Shown piece by piece: positions 9,519 through 20,035 of a stretch of DNA of 64,000 bases (positions are counted from its first letter, which is position 1; every line of letters starts with the position of its first letter). A model generated the notes under the pieces. It was not told the DNA's origin and ran no database searches. It was given only the letters and a program-made list of their open reading frames with translations. Location of the stretch: NCBI GenBank assembly GCA_964534625.1, contig CAZHRF010000005.1:1-64000 (forward strand), written 5' to 3'. A program made the translations under genes and the position numbers. The stretch comes from an uncultured archaeon (GTDB lineage Archaea; Asgardarchaeota; Heimdallarchaeia; Heimdallarchaeales; Heimdallarchaeaceae).

Positions 9519-12086
9519 CTACTCCTCTTTCTTTGATAGTGCCTCAAGTTCATCTATACGCGCTGAAAGTTTTTTCAAGGTGTTTTTCATTTCATCAAAC
9601 TCTTTACGTAAAGATTTAAGCTCTTCTTCTTTCTTTTCGCTTGTTCTTAATTTTTTTAGTAGTTTGTCAATATGGGGATAGATTTGCTTGGGTAAACGAG
9701 TTTTGAACCCTTCAATTGCTGAAGTAGCACGCTTAGTTTTGAGTTTTACAAGTGCTCTTACTACACCTAAACAAACAGAAACATGTTTATCTTGTTTTAA
9801 GAGTGCAATGAATTCATCAATAACTTTAGCTTTAAGAGGTTTATCCGCCCACAGAGAAGCCTCACCCAAAGCCGTGACAATAGAATTACGAACATATTTG
9901 GATTTTATGCCATAGGGGAGTAGATCAAGCAGATGACTAATTGCTTTCTCTTTTCTAGTCTTACCTAGAGCTTGAAATAGTCCAGCTTCGATAATTTGTT
10001 TATAGTCATGAGGAATAGTATAGTTGAGGAGATAGTTTAAAGCCTCGTGTGTTCTTTGAGAACCTATAACTTGTAAAGCACTAGAAAAAGCTAGATATAG
10101 AACTTCTTCTCTATTCAAGATTTTCTTCATTGCATCAAAAACCGAAGGATTGCGGGTAGATTCAAGATCGGAAATTAAACTCTGTAAAACCGTAGGATCA
10201 CTTTCAGTCTCTAAGATAGTGAGTAGAAACTCAATACCTTTAAATGAAGGAGACTTGGCTAATGCTTTTCCATACTCAATTTTTAATCCCCGATGGAGTT
10301 CTGAAGAATAAGCATCAAAAATGGCCTGTAAACCTTTGAGTTTTCCTTCTTTTGAGATTTCCTTGGCTGCACGAATTTTGGCGATATAATTGACAGTTTT
10401 GAGCTGGTTGATTAATAAATCTGTTCCAGGGTTAAACGAAAGAGAACAAAGTAGTTTATAATCTGGATCAATGGTGATAACGTCAGGTTTGGTATTACAA
10501 GCGAAATAAAAAGTATGTTCTTCATCTTTGACCTTAAATGTCTTATGGAGGATCGAACTGTCATTTATTTGGAAAGAGACTTCCAAAGGAAACTCAAACA
10601 ATTTAATACCCTTGTTGTCATCTTTTTGATTTTGTTTGATTTTAAGAGAGCCCATCTTGATGGTTTTATCATAATTAAATGAACATTCAAGTTTTGGATA
10701 ACCAGGACTATAAAACCATTGATCAAAAAATTTGTTTAAATCCAAACCTGAGTGATGTTCAAGTTTACGTTGGAAATCTATGGTCTCAACAACTTTACCT
10801 TTAAAGGTACTAAGATAATCAATTGTTGCATCCCAGAAAAATGACTCGCCAACAATATGTCTGAGCATATGAAGCCTCCACGCTCCACCAGGATACGTAT
10901 GAGAATCATACATGGACCAACTAGTATCATATTCATTAGTTACAATTGGACGGGCGTATTTGCCATCTGATTCGTTTTTATAACTTTTAGCATCACCATA
11001 TAGATCATACATAGCATCCTCCATAGTGCCGTTTTCTTCAAGATAAACGACTTCCATATATACTGCCCAGCTCTCTTTAAGCCATGTATGAGCAAACTCT
11101 TTTATGACAACCATATCACCAAACCAAGAATGAGCCATTTCGTGAACATTCACTCCATCAATACGATGTGCTAACTCTTTATACAAAATATCATCTAAAA
11201 TAGCAAAATCGTTCCATGTAACAAGAGTGATGTTTTCCATAGCCCCACTATATTCTGCTGTGGTAATCTGATAATACTTCTCCCATTCAAGGGGTACCTT
11301 CAATTTTTTGTAAAACCATTTTAGCATAGCAGGTGTCCTATCAAAAGATCGTTTAAGATCTTCAGGAGTATATTTGCTTGAACTATAATATTCAACAGGA
11401 ATATTTCCCGCTCCTACATCTACAGTTTCATCCGTATACTTTACAAATTCACCAATTGCTATGGTAATTAAGTAACTTGGACAAGGAAACTTTTCTTCCC
11501 AATGAACTGTTTTAGTTCCATCTGTATGGCATTGTTCATCAATAAATGCACCATTAGCTAAAATTGTATAGTTGCTTTTAGCTGTAATAAAAAAATCAAG
11601 GGTACAACGAACAGCAGGATGATCAAGAGAGGGTAACCAATAACGCGCCCGTTCAGATTCTAGATCCATTACGACATATTTTGGTGCATTAGGATATTTT
11701 GCATCAGGATAACTAAAATACAATCCAGCAATGGGTTCGATTAATGTGTAAGCTATACGTACAAGTCGTTTTTCAGCCTTAGAAAAAGGTTTAGACCACT
11801 GAAGGATAATTTTACTTCCATCATAATCCCAGGTAATCTCGTTATCATCAACGTCAAAGATTTCTTTTATCTGAATATCTTCAGCATTAAATACGATAGA
11901 ATCTGCACCTTCAACATTAGCTTTGATTTTAGTAGTAACAAATCCTTCAACAGTCTTAGTAGAAAGAGAGAATTTTAACCTAATTAATTGGTGTATAGGT
12001 TCAAGTTTAAGATGGGGAGGATAGTTTTTCTTTCCATATAAAGAAAACCCATTCTTTCTGAGGTTTAAAGTGTTAATTCTTTCCAT
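9519..12086 (-). CDS. M1 family aminopeptidase with C-terminal HEAT repeats and coiled coil
   Basis: GAMEN and HEMAH-x18-E zinc motifs; YPGGAWRLHMLR; helical repeat C-terminus. Confidence 0.92.
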   Translation of the reverse strand: MERINTLNLRKNGFSLYGKKNYPPHLKLEPIHQLIRLKFSLSTKTVEGFVTTKIKANVEGADSIVFNAEDIQIKEIFDVDDNEITWDYDGSKIILQWSKPFSKAEKRLVRIAYTLIEPIAGLYFSYPDAKYPNAPKYVVMDLESERARYWLPSLDHPAVRCTLDFFITAKSNYTILANGAFIDEQCHTDGTKTVHWEEKFPCPSYLITIAIGEFVKYTDETVDVGAGNIPVEYYSSSKYTPEDLKRSFDRTPAMLKWFYKKLKVPLEWEKYYQITTAEYSGAMENITLVTWNDFAILDDILYKELAHRIDGVNVHEMAHSWFGDMVVIKEFAHTWLKESWAVYMEVVYLEENGTMEDAMYDLYGDAKSYKNESDGKYARPIVTNEYDTSWSMYDSHTYPGGAWRLHMLRHIVGESFFWDATIDYLSTFKGKVVETIDFQRKLEHHSGLDLNKFFDQWFYSPGYPKLECSFNYDKTIKMGSLKIKQNQKDDNKGIKLFEFPLEVSFQINDSSILHKTFKVKDEEHTFYFACNTKPDVITIDPDYKLLCSLSFNPGTDLLINQLKTVNYIAKIRAAKEISKEGKLKGLQAIFDAYSSELHRGLKIEYGKALAKSPSFKGIEFLLTILETESDPTVLQSLISDLESTRNPSVFDAMKKILNREEVLYLAFSSALQVIGSQRTHEALNYLLNYTIPHDYKQIIEAGLFQALGKTRKEKAISHLLDLLPYGIKSKYVRNSIVTALGEASLWADKPLKAKVIDEFIALLKQDKHVSVCLGVVRALVKLKTKRATSAIEGFKTRLPKQIYPHIDKLLKKLRTSEKKEEELKSLRKEFDEMKNTLKKLSARIDELEALSKKEE

Positions 12087-12664
12087 AATAGAATCATAAA
12101 AAAAATTTCATTAGCCTATTTAAAGTATAGCAAAGGAGAAGCAATGGTTTATTATATTAAATAATAACAATGATTCTAGAAAAACTCAAGAAGAAGAAAC
12201 AGACAGTTTCTTTTGCTCTAGTAACACATAAATCTACATGTATAATGAGGTATCACATAGAGATATAAACAGACAAATATATCTTTATTTTATTAGGCTA
12301 TACCATATATAGTATGCTATATCGTTGAATATGAAATTTAAAAATAGACAAGTCATATTACCATTTAGATATGATTTAGGCGGTTTGTTTTTATTTTGTA
12401 TATGTCTATTAAATCCTCGGTATCACCACACCTATTAAATTATCAGTTATATTTTTAGATAAATATTATGTCAAATGACAATAGTAAATATTAGAAAACA
12501 ACAATAAAATACACACCATTTAATAATCGTTTCGGTAGTACTAAAGCTTGCTGAGCTAAAACTAACAAAAACTTTAATTAATAGGAAATTATTACCAATT
12601 ACATAGTAAAACACATTTGTTTATTTGTGTATTTCTATAAATTGTAGAAAAATAGGTGAAAACA

Positions 12665-13804
12665 TTGAGTGATGAAGTTATTAGTAACAAACCACTTGTA
12701 ATAGACAATGGCACTGGTTTTACCAAGAACGGCTTTGCGGGAGAAGATCAACCTCGATCTGTCTTTCCTACAATTATTGGATACCCTAAGTATCAAATAA
12801 TTATGACTGATGTCGAGCATTATGTCCGCGAGTACTATATTGGTGAAGAAGCTCTTAATCTTAGAGGTGTTCTTAAACTCGTTTATCCTATTGAGCACGG
12901 TCAAATTCTTGACTGGGATGCAATGGAACGAATTTGGCACTATTCATTTTATAATGATTTACGTGTCAATCCTAACGAGCATCCTGTTCTCCTTACGGAA
13001 CCTCCTCTCAATAAGAATTCCAACAAAGAAAAAATGGCTGAACTAATGTTCGAAACTTTCAACGTTCCCGCCATGTATATTTCCATGCAAGCTATCCTTT
13101 CTCTTTATGCTTCTGGTCGTACTACGGGTATTGTTGTTGACGCTGGTGATGGTGTTACTCACATTGTCCCCGTTTACGAAGGTTTCGCTATTAGTCATGC
13201 TATTCATCGTGCTGATATCGGTGGTCGAGACTTAACCGATTATCTCCGTCGTTTATTAAGACAGCGAGGTTACTCTTTAACCAGTAGTGCTGAGCGAGAG
13301 ATTGTTCGTGATCTTAAGGAACGTCTTTGTTATATTGCTCTTGATCCTGAGAAGGAACTCAAGTTAGCTGAGAAAGTTTCAGGTATGGTTAAATCTTACA
13401 CGCTTCCTGATGGTGAGACTCTCTCTATTGGTGCTGAGCGTTTTATGGCCCCTGAACTTCTTTTCAACCCAAGTGTTACTGGTTCTGAGGAATTACCTTT
13501 AGACGAACAAATTTACAATGCTATTCAAGCTTGTGATGTTGATCTCCGTCGAGATCTCTACAGCAATATTGTTCTTTCTGGTGGTAGCACTATGTTTCCC
13601 GGTCTTAAGGAAAGATTACACAAGGAGCTTACTGAGCTTGTTCCTGAGACCATGGAGATTAAGATTATTGCTCCTCCCGAACGAAGATATTCTGTTTGGA
13701 TTGGAGGATCTATCCTCAGCAGTCTTAAAACATTCAGTAAACTTTGGGTTACTCGTAAAGAGTACAAAGAAACTGGTCCAACAGCAGTTTACCGCTGCAT
13801 ATAA
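12665..13804 (+). CDS. Asgard actin (Lokiactin-like)
   Basis: [44 protein letters not shown] and [18 protein letters not shown] motifs. Start placed at TTG 12665 because the GTG at 12656 lies inside the AGGTGA RBS. Confidence 0.97.
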   Translation: MSDEVISNKPLVIDNGTGFTKNGFAGEDQPRSVFPTIIGYPKYQIIMTDVEHYVREYYIGEEALNLRGVLKLVYPIEHGQILDWDAMERIWHYSFYNDLRVNPNEHPVLLTEPPLNKNSNKEKMAELMFETFNVPAMYISMQAILSLYASGRTTGIVVDAGDGVTHIVPVYEGFAISHAIHRADIGGRDLTDYLRRLLRQRGYSLTSSAEREIVRDLKERLCYIALDPEKELKLAEKVSGMVKSYTLPDGETLSIGAERFMAPELLFNPSVTGSEELPLDEQIYNAIQACDVDLRRDLYSNIVLSGGSTMFPGLKERLHKELTELVPETMEIKIIAPPERRYSVWIGGSILSSLKTFSKLWVTRKEYKETGPTAVYRCI

Positions 13805-13814
13805 TATTAAACTA

Positions 13815-13845
13815 TTTCTTTCTTTTTTTTATTTCTTAATTTTTA
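13815..13845 (+). terminator. Oligo-T terminator-like tract after actin
   Basis: TTTCTTTCTTTTTTTTATTTC immediately after the stop codon, typical of archaeal intrinsic terminators. Confidence 0.5.
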
Positions 13846-13945
13846 CTCATGATTATTCTGGTTATATTTCACCCATTTCACCTTTTACTTCTCCCTTTTT
13901 TTCTCTATTCACAACTTTTTTTATTGCTCTTTTTTACGTCTTTTT

Positions 13946-14476
13946 ATGTCCTATAAGGCATCACTTACTACTATTGGAGCTATTATTGAGCGAGCCAACG
14001 ACCCATCTAGACCCATACTTGTTCAAACCCGATGGAAGCAAGAAGGTAATAAAACGAATGGACTATTAGAAATCCCCGCTGGTCATATCAATCCAGGTGA
14101 ACATCCCTTTCATGCCCTTCGTCGTGAAGTTCGTGAAGAATGTGGTCTCCACATTTCTCGCATTTGGCCTTAGAATGAATTGCTTCTTTCTCATCCTCTT
14201 TATGATAGTTTAGCTTGGACCCCCTTTTGCATTGAATCTTGTGTTTCCTGTACTCGAATTGAGTTAGTTTTTCTTTGCAAGGGTTCTGGTGATTTGCTTT
14301 CTGAAGGTCTTTTTGATGCCAAACATGCTCATTGGATGCCTTTTTCTGATTTTAGAGCCAGTCTTTTTCACTCTCCCGAAAAATGGTTTCCCTTTCACCT
14401 TTCTGCTCTACATAAATATACTTTAGCCAGACACAATGACTCTCTTTGGAGTTCTTCCATTCCATTATATTTTTAG
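13946..14476 (+). pseudogene. Nudix hydrolase interrupted by one in-frame TAG (14171-14173)
   Basis: Intact Nudix box GHINPGEHPFHALRREVREECGL. ORFs 13946 and 14180 share a frame (CCT TAG AAT GAA TTG), and the second half continues the fold (PFC...VFLC...HW). Confidence 0.8.
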
Positions 14477-14638
14477 GTTCTATGTCTTATTTCTGCTTTC
14501 TCAAGTATTTCTTTTTTCTTCTTCTCTCAAAGATTTTTCTCTTATCTCCCTATTAATTTTTTACATAGTATCTAATATGCAAACATTTATTTTATTTCTT
14601 TTCCAGCATTTTTTAACAAATATTAGAGGATTATATAT

Positions 14639-14986
14639 ATGTCTGCTCCCAATTATACTCCAGAACAACAACAAGAAATTCAGCGATATAGTCAATATAT
14701 TCAACAACTTGAAATTCTTCGTTCTCAGATTCAACAACTTGAAATCGAGAAACGAGAAATCTTAAATGGCCAAAAAGAGACAAAAGATTTAAATGAATCA
14801 GCTCAAATTTTCCGTTCTGCAGGTAATCTTCTCTATGAAACGGATCTTGAATCTGTTGGAAAGTATCTTGAAGAGAGAAAAGAGAAGGTAGAAGTTCGTT
14901 TGGAGTCTTTACGAAGTCGTGAAAAAAAACTTATTTCCAAAGTAGAAAACATCCAAAAGAAATTCCAGCCTAGTTCGCCTAGTTAA
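14639..14986 (+). CDS. pfdB: Prefoldin beta subunit
   Basis: Coiled coil - IFRSAGNLLYE hairpin - coiled coil, 115 aa; lies before DUF3194-like and DHH genes as in other archaea. Confidence 0.88.
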   Translation: MSAPNYTPEQQQEIQRYSQYIQQLEILRSQIQQLEIEKREILNGQKETKDLNESAQIFRSAGNLLYETDLESVGKYLEERKEKVEVRLESLRSREKKLISKVENIQKKFQPSSPS

Positions 14987-15014
14987 TTTTTATTACTTTG
15001 TCTTAAGGTCTTGG

Positions 15015-15335
15015 TTGGTGAAACTTATGGATAATGACATCACAGAAATAGGTTTAGATAAATTATCTGATACTGAATTGGAGGAAATAGCTTCTTCGCT
15101 CCATTCTCATCTACTTCAATATTTAGAAGGTGCCCCCGAGTGGTCACTCTTTACAGGTTTTCATATTGTTATATCTTTAACCTATGATGAAGTACTTACT
15201 TTTACCTTAGATATCGAAACACCTAATACTCTCACCACCGAACAATCTTCTAAAGTTCATTCAGAACTTCAAACTCTTGCTGAACAATACTTAAAGGACG
15301 AACTACTTTGTCATCAAAAGACTTTCTCACAATAA
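15015..15335 (+). CDS. DUF3194-like small protein
   Basis: IGLDKLSDTELEEI start, size and position after pfdB. Confidence 0.5.
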   Translation: MVKLMDNDITEIGLDKLSDTELEEIASSLHSHLLQYLEGAPEWSLFTGFHIVISLTYDEVLTFTLDIETPNTLTTEQSSKVHSELQTLAEQYLKDELLCHQKTFSQ

Positions 15336-16330
15336 TTGATCACCTTCGGACAAAAAAATGCTCCAATATAGGTATCTTCGTTCATCAGAATGCTGATCCT
15401 GATGCTATCACTAGTTCTGTCAGTTTGAAACATCTTTTACTTTCTTATATCCCTTCCCTTTCTATTACTTTATTTGCTTCCTCCATTAACAATTTATGTG
15501 AACCGCTTATCGACTTCCTTGGAGAACAATTTCTTTCTTCCTTTATTGATATCAGTCTCGATGCTGTTTTTTTTTGTGACTTTAACAATTTAGGACAGTT
15601 AGGCGATTTTGACACCACTCCTTTTCTGTCTCATGACTTTCCTGTTTTTATTATTGATCACCATTCCTTTCACGATTATATCCATAAAGCCACTATTGCT
15701 ATTGTTCGAAATAGTAACTCTGCTGCTGAAATTATGACTGAATTATATCTTGAGACTGGTCAACCTTTAGAAGCTGATATTGCCACTGGATTACTCACCG
15801 GTATCTTATTTGATAGCCGGCGATTTATCTATACCTCTCGTTCAACTTTTGCCATTGTTGACTTTCTTATTAACACTGGTGGTGACTATGAAAAAGCCCT
15901 TTCTTTTCTGCGTACAAAAATCAGTTTTTCAGAGCGGGTTGCCAAACTCAAAGGTGTTAAACGTGCTTTAATTCAGCTTGGAAAGAATGAAGAAATCATA
16001 ACCATTGCGCACATTGGATCATACGAATCCTCAGTTGCTAGATCACTCATGTATTTAGGTGCGAGTTTTGCTATTGTCATTGCAAAAATTTCTTCTGATA
16101 ACTTTCGCATTAGTTTAAGATGTACAAAAGAATTTGCAAAAAACCATAATTTACACTTAGGTGAATTAGCAAACGCTATTGCTAAAAGCTATTCAGGTAC
16201 AGGAGGCGGGCACATAACAGCTGCTGGACTGAATATAACTGCCGATTCCTCGTTTCCTAACGACATGGAACAATTAAAACATCTTTTACTAAACATGTTT
16301 TTAGAGAAAATTACTCCATACCACGATTAA
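15308..16330 (+). CDS. DHH family phosphoesterase
   Basis: HQNADPDA, IIDHH and GGGHITAAG motifs. Confidence 0.92.
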   Translation: MSSKDFLTIIDHLRTKKCSNIGIFVHQNADPDAITSSVSLKHLLLSYIPSLSITLFASSINNLCEPLIDFLGEQFLSSFIDISLDAVFFCDFNNLGQLGDFDTTPFLSHDFPVFIIDHHSFHDYIHKATIAIVRNSNSAAEIMTELYLETGQPLEADIATGLLTGILFDSRRFIYTSRSTFAIVDFLINTGGDYEKALSFLRTKISFSERVAKLKGVKRALIQLGKNEEIITIAHIGSYESSVARSLMYLGASFAIVIAKISSDNFRISLRCTKEFAKNHNLHLGELANAIAKSYSGTGGGHITAAGLNITADSSFPNDMEQLKHLLLNMFLEKITPYHD

Positions 16331-16343
16331 AAGAGGAATATTT

Positions 16344-17849
16344 ATGTTTAATGAGTTGGTAATTGACAATATCTCTTTCAAGTATTATTTCAGAGACTTT
16401 CTTTCACTCAATCAAATTAATCTTCAAATTAAAAAGGGCGAATTTATTATCATAACCGGTCCAAGTGGGTCAGGTAAATCCAGCCTTTGTTATGCTTTAA
16501 CTGGCCTTATCCCTCACTTTTATAGTGGAGATTTTTCAGGTTCTGTTTCATTTGACGAAACCATTATTTCGGAGTTAAGTCCTTCTCAAATCTCCCAATA
16601 TATAGGCTATATTCCCCAAAGAGTTGGTTCAGCTTTAGCTACTCCATACACCTTCACAGAACTCTCTTTTCCCTTAGAATGCCAAGATTACTCCAAGAAG
16701 GAAATACTTCAAAAAGTTTTTTCAACAGTTGAAAAATTAGGTTTACAGAAATTTTTATCTCGAGAGGTTAATACTCTTTCTGAAGGTGAAAAGCAAAAGG
16801 TTATTTTAGGTTCTGTATTAGTGCATAATCCGCCCATCATCGTTGCTGATGAACCTTTAGCTAATTTAGATGTACCAAATCAACATATGGTTCTAAGTCT
16901 TTTTCAATATTTATCACGTTTAAACAAGACCATTATTATTTTTACTCATAATTATCACAATTATTTACATTTGGCAACACGATTTATAGAGTTAAAAAAA
17001 GGACAGATAAAACAAGATTACATCCCAGATACAAAAACCAATAATTCATTCCAGATTTATAATGAAGACTATACTTTAACAGGATCTGATCCCAAGAAGA
17101 AAGATAGAACAAATACAAGAGTTAACCCAGATACTAGCTTTTTGCAGATACAAGCACTCTCTTTCAATCATTCTAATAATTTCTTTCTCAATGAACTATC
17201 CCATTCATTTCCCAAAGGGTCGATTATAGGATTAGTAGGGGAGAATGGTAGCGGAAAAACAACTCTTTTAGAGCTGATTAGTGGATTATGTAAACCCAAA
17301 GAAGGCAGAATACTTCTTAATCACACCAATATGATGGACTTATCATGGAAGGAACGTGCAGAAGTTTTTGGATTTGTTCCACAAACACCAGAAAATCATT
17401 TTTTTGAAGATACAGTAAAAAACGAGATTAAACTAATCTCCGATAATATTAAACATCCATATAGTGAAGCAGATATAGAAGATCATTTGCGTAAAGCAGC
17501 ACTTGAAAATTTTGGTGGTTATTCGCCTTATTCTTTATCTGAAGGAGAAAAAAGGCGTTTAGCATACATTTCTGCTACTTTTCATGGTCCTTCTGTAATT
17601 TTATTAGATGAAATTACTAATGGATTAGATTTTACTAACCTTCGTTGGTTGAAAAGGGAATTAATAAAGCAGAAAAAAAAGGATAAATTGATTCTTATTG
17701 CATCCCATGATTGGAAATTTATAGCTGAAATTACTGATGAGATATTACTTCTAGATAAAGGTCAATTATTTCATTTATCACATACGCAATTCAAACAATA
17801 CATTGATAATCAAATCTTACGTTACAATCATTTTATGGGGGTAGATTAG
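16344..17849 (+). CDS. ECF transporter ATPase with two fused NBDs
   Basis: Two Walker A motifs (GPSGSGKS, GENGSGKT), two LSEGEK signatures and two Walker B motifs. Confidence 0.9.
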   Translation: MFNELVIDNISFKYYFRDFLSLNQINLQIKKGEFIIITGPSGSGKSSLCYALTGLIPHFYSGDFSGSVSFDETIISELSPSQISQYIGYIPQRVGSALATPYTFTELSFPLECQDYSKKEILQKVFSTVEKLGLQKFLSREVNTLSEGEKQKVILGSVLVHNPPIIVADEPLANLDVPNQHMVLSLFQYLSRLNKTIIIFTHNYHNYLHLATRFIELKKGQIKQDYIPDTKTNNSFQIYNEDYTLTGSDPKKKDRTNTRVNPDTSFLQIQALSFNHSNNFFLNELSHSFPKGSIIGLVGENGSGKTTLLELISGLCKPKEGRILLNHTNMMDLSWKERAEVFGFVPQTPENHFFEDTVKNEIKLISDNIKHPYSEADIEDHLRKAALENFGGYSPYSLSEGEKRRLAYISATFHGPSVILLDEITNGLDFTNLRWLKRELIKQKKKDKLILIASHDWKFIAEITDEILLLDKGQLFHLSHTQFKQYIDNQILRYNHFMGVD

Positions 17850-18599
17850 ATGGAAGCCAATACCCATTTTGATAAATTAGATGAACTGATACAATCATTG
17901 TTTCCTAGTATTCTTGCTCCTCTCACAAAAATAATCTGTTTATTTTCCTATTTATTCATAATTTTTTATTCAAGTAACTTTTTCTTGCATCTCTCATCTC
18001 TTATTATTTCTATCATTTTTTGTTTTCTTCTGCTTATTAACTTTGAAGTTAGTTTACGCTTTATGTTTACGTCTTTAGCATTCACATCTTTATTCTCTGC
18101 TGGTTTAATCTGGTTTTCTACTCTATTTATGGAGATATCGGAACCATTTCACCTTTTTATTCGAGTCGAAAATAGATTCATTTCTTCTTTATATCTCTTC
18201 ACTTGGTTCTTTTCTAGTGTTAGTTCTTATGAGCTATTTTTAACCTTTAACCGTCTTCGCTTTCCACCCGCCCTTACTTGGCTTATTATTACCATTTATC
18301 AGTTTATTCCCACCCTATCTAAAGAAATATCAACTATCAACAATGTAAGAAAACTAAAAGGACTTACTGCAAAACCATGGAAAATAAAAGAGTATAGTAG
18401 AATTATAAAAAAGACTTTAAAACCAATGATTATTGTATCTGTTAATCAAGGCATAGAACATGCCCAAATGCTCTTACTGAAAGGTTTTACGCTAGGTAGG
18501 CGTATGGAACAAGTTATACAAATAAAAATGAGATATTATGATTATATTATATCAATTGTATCTTTTTTTATGATTGTCTTAACTATGTTCTTTTTGTGA
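17850..18599 (+). CDS. ECF transporter transmembrane component T
   Basis: Hydrophobic N-terminus; QFIPTL, RKLKG and LLKGF coupling-helix-like motifs; directly abuts the ATPase gene. Confidence 0.8.
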   Translation: MEANTHFDKLDELIQSLFPSILAPLTKIICLFSYLFIIFYSSNFFLHLSSLIISIIFCFLLLINFEVSLRFMFTSLAFTSLFSAGLIWFSTLFMEISEPFHLFIRVENRFISSLYLFTWFFSSVSSYELFLTFNRLRFPPALTWLIITIYQFIPTLSKEISTINNVRKLKGLTAKPWKIKEYSRIIKKTLKPMIIVSVNQGIEHAQMLLLKGFTLGRRMEQVIQIKMRYYDYIISIVSFFMIVLTMFFL

Positions 18600-19247
18600 A
18601 TAAGCTTGTAATAATCTCTCTATTTCGCTAGTTATCTCATAATGAACTTCTTGAATTTCTTTTCCACTATTTATTGTCGTAAATAATTGTGGAAATTTTT
18701 TCGATAACTGCTTAAATATTTCATCTACTTTCTGTAATGTTTCTCTTTTCTCAAAAGAATTTGCCCCATTTAATCTGCCATTATTGATTCTTTTTAATGC
18801 TTCCTCAACATCAATATCTAGCAATAATACTTTATCGGGAGGGAATACAACAGCCATATTTTTTTCCAGTATATACTTCCAGTCCAGTCCGTTTGCTCCT
18901 TGATATGCTACAGAAGAAAAATAGTATCGATCAGATATCACAATCGTTCCTTTTTCCAGTTCGGGAACAACCTCTTCCTTTACGTGTAATTTTCTATCTT
19001 CTAAAAATAACTTAAATTCTTCCTGAACGGGAAGTCTTTCAGTTAGCGTAAAACTTTTTCGTATCTTTTTACCATATTCTGACCAATTTGTTGGTTCTGT
19101 TGTATATACTGCGTTATAACCTTTTGAACACAAATATTTCACTAGTTTTTTTGCATGAGTTGTCTTTCCTACCCCATCAATTCCTTCAAAGACGATAAAA
19201 AGCCCAGACTTTAGTTTACGACCCATGTCTTTAGGATTAAACAACAT
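18579..19247 (-). CDS. tmk: Thymidylate kinase
   Basis: FIVFEGIDGVGKTT, TEPT and SDRYYFSSVAYQG motifs. Confidence 0.96.
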   Translation of the reverse strand: MLFNPKDMGRKLKSGLFIVFEGIDGVGKTTHAKKLVKYLCSKGYNAVYTTEPTNWSEYGKKIRKSFTLTERLPVQEEFKLFLEDRKLHVKEEVVPELEKGTIVISDRYYFSSVAYQGANGLDWKYILEKNMAVVFPPDKVLLLDIDVEEALKRINNGRLNGANSFEKRETLQKVDEIFKQLSKKFPQLFTTINSGKEIQEVHYEITSEIERLLQAYSQKEHS

Positions 19248-19285
19248 AATAAAACGCTTACGATTTGTCCTTCAAAATATTTGTT

Positions 19286-19963
19286 TCACTTTTCTACTGG
19301 TACTATCATAACTCCACAGTTTGGACACTTTCTTTTTTTTGGTACAACTTCTTTGTAACAATTCCAACAAACAATTTCTTCATTTTGTTTTTCTATCTTT
19401 TCTGACTCATCTTGAACCATTTCATGTATTATAGTTATAAGTTCTTCACTCTTTTCATCTTGATTCTTCCGTATGAAATCAGACAAAAGATTACTTCCAA
19501 AATAATATATTAAAAAAATTATAATCAATCCTGCAAATCCTAAAGCTATTGCTTCATAAGATCTAAAAATCAGATATAATATGCCTAAAATCACTAATGT
19601 AATAGAACCAAATATTAATGCAATCCACCTCATTCTCCAGAACATGTTCCATATTGAACCTCCTCCAGCTCTTTGTTGACTCTCTATTTTCCTTCTTCCC
19701 TTTTCAATAATTTCATCAAGTGAAAATCTTTCTATATTAAATATTTTAACCATACATTTATTTCCTGTACGATCTTTCTTTAGTTCTACTATCATCTCCC
19801 AAGAGTAAAATCCTTTTTGTACAGAGATTTTAGGTTTATCTCTATTTTCTGATTCAAGTACTTTAACAGAGTAGCCATTCTGTCTCAAATAAATTACAAT
19901 GTTTTTTAGTAAATTTTCTATCTTTGATTCTGAGCAATGCACTTCAACTGTTCTTAGGGACAT
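19286..19963 (-). CDS. Hypothetical two-TM membrane protein with C-terminal zinc ribbon
   Basis: Two hydrophobic helices; CWNC...CPNCG. Confidence 0.7.
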   Translation of the reverse strand: MSLRTVEVHCSESKIENLLKNIVIYLRQNGYSVKVLESENRDKPKISVQKGFYSWEMIVELKKDRTGNKCMVKIFNIERFSLDEIIEKGRRKIESQQRAGGGSIWNMFWRMRWIALIFGSITLVILGILYLIFRSYEAIALGFAGLIIIFLIYYFGSNLLSDFIRKNQDEKSEELITIIHEMVQDESEKIEKQNEEIVCWNCYKEVVPKKRKCPNCGVMIVPVEK

Positions 19964-20035
19964 AAGTTGTCTATGTAATTCATACTCCAGCGTATATTAA
20001 TCTTTTCTCCTCTCAAATCGTTCTTTTTCAGTTTT

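Noticed and set aside
14699-14745. Direct repeat ATTCAACAACTTGAAAT x2
   Set aside because: Encodes the IQQLEI coiled-coil repeat in prefoldin; not CRISPR-like.
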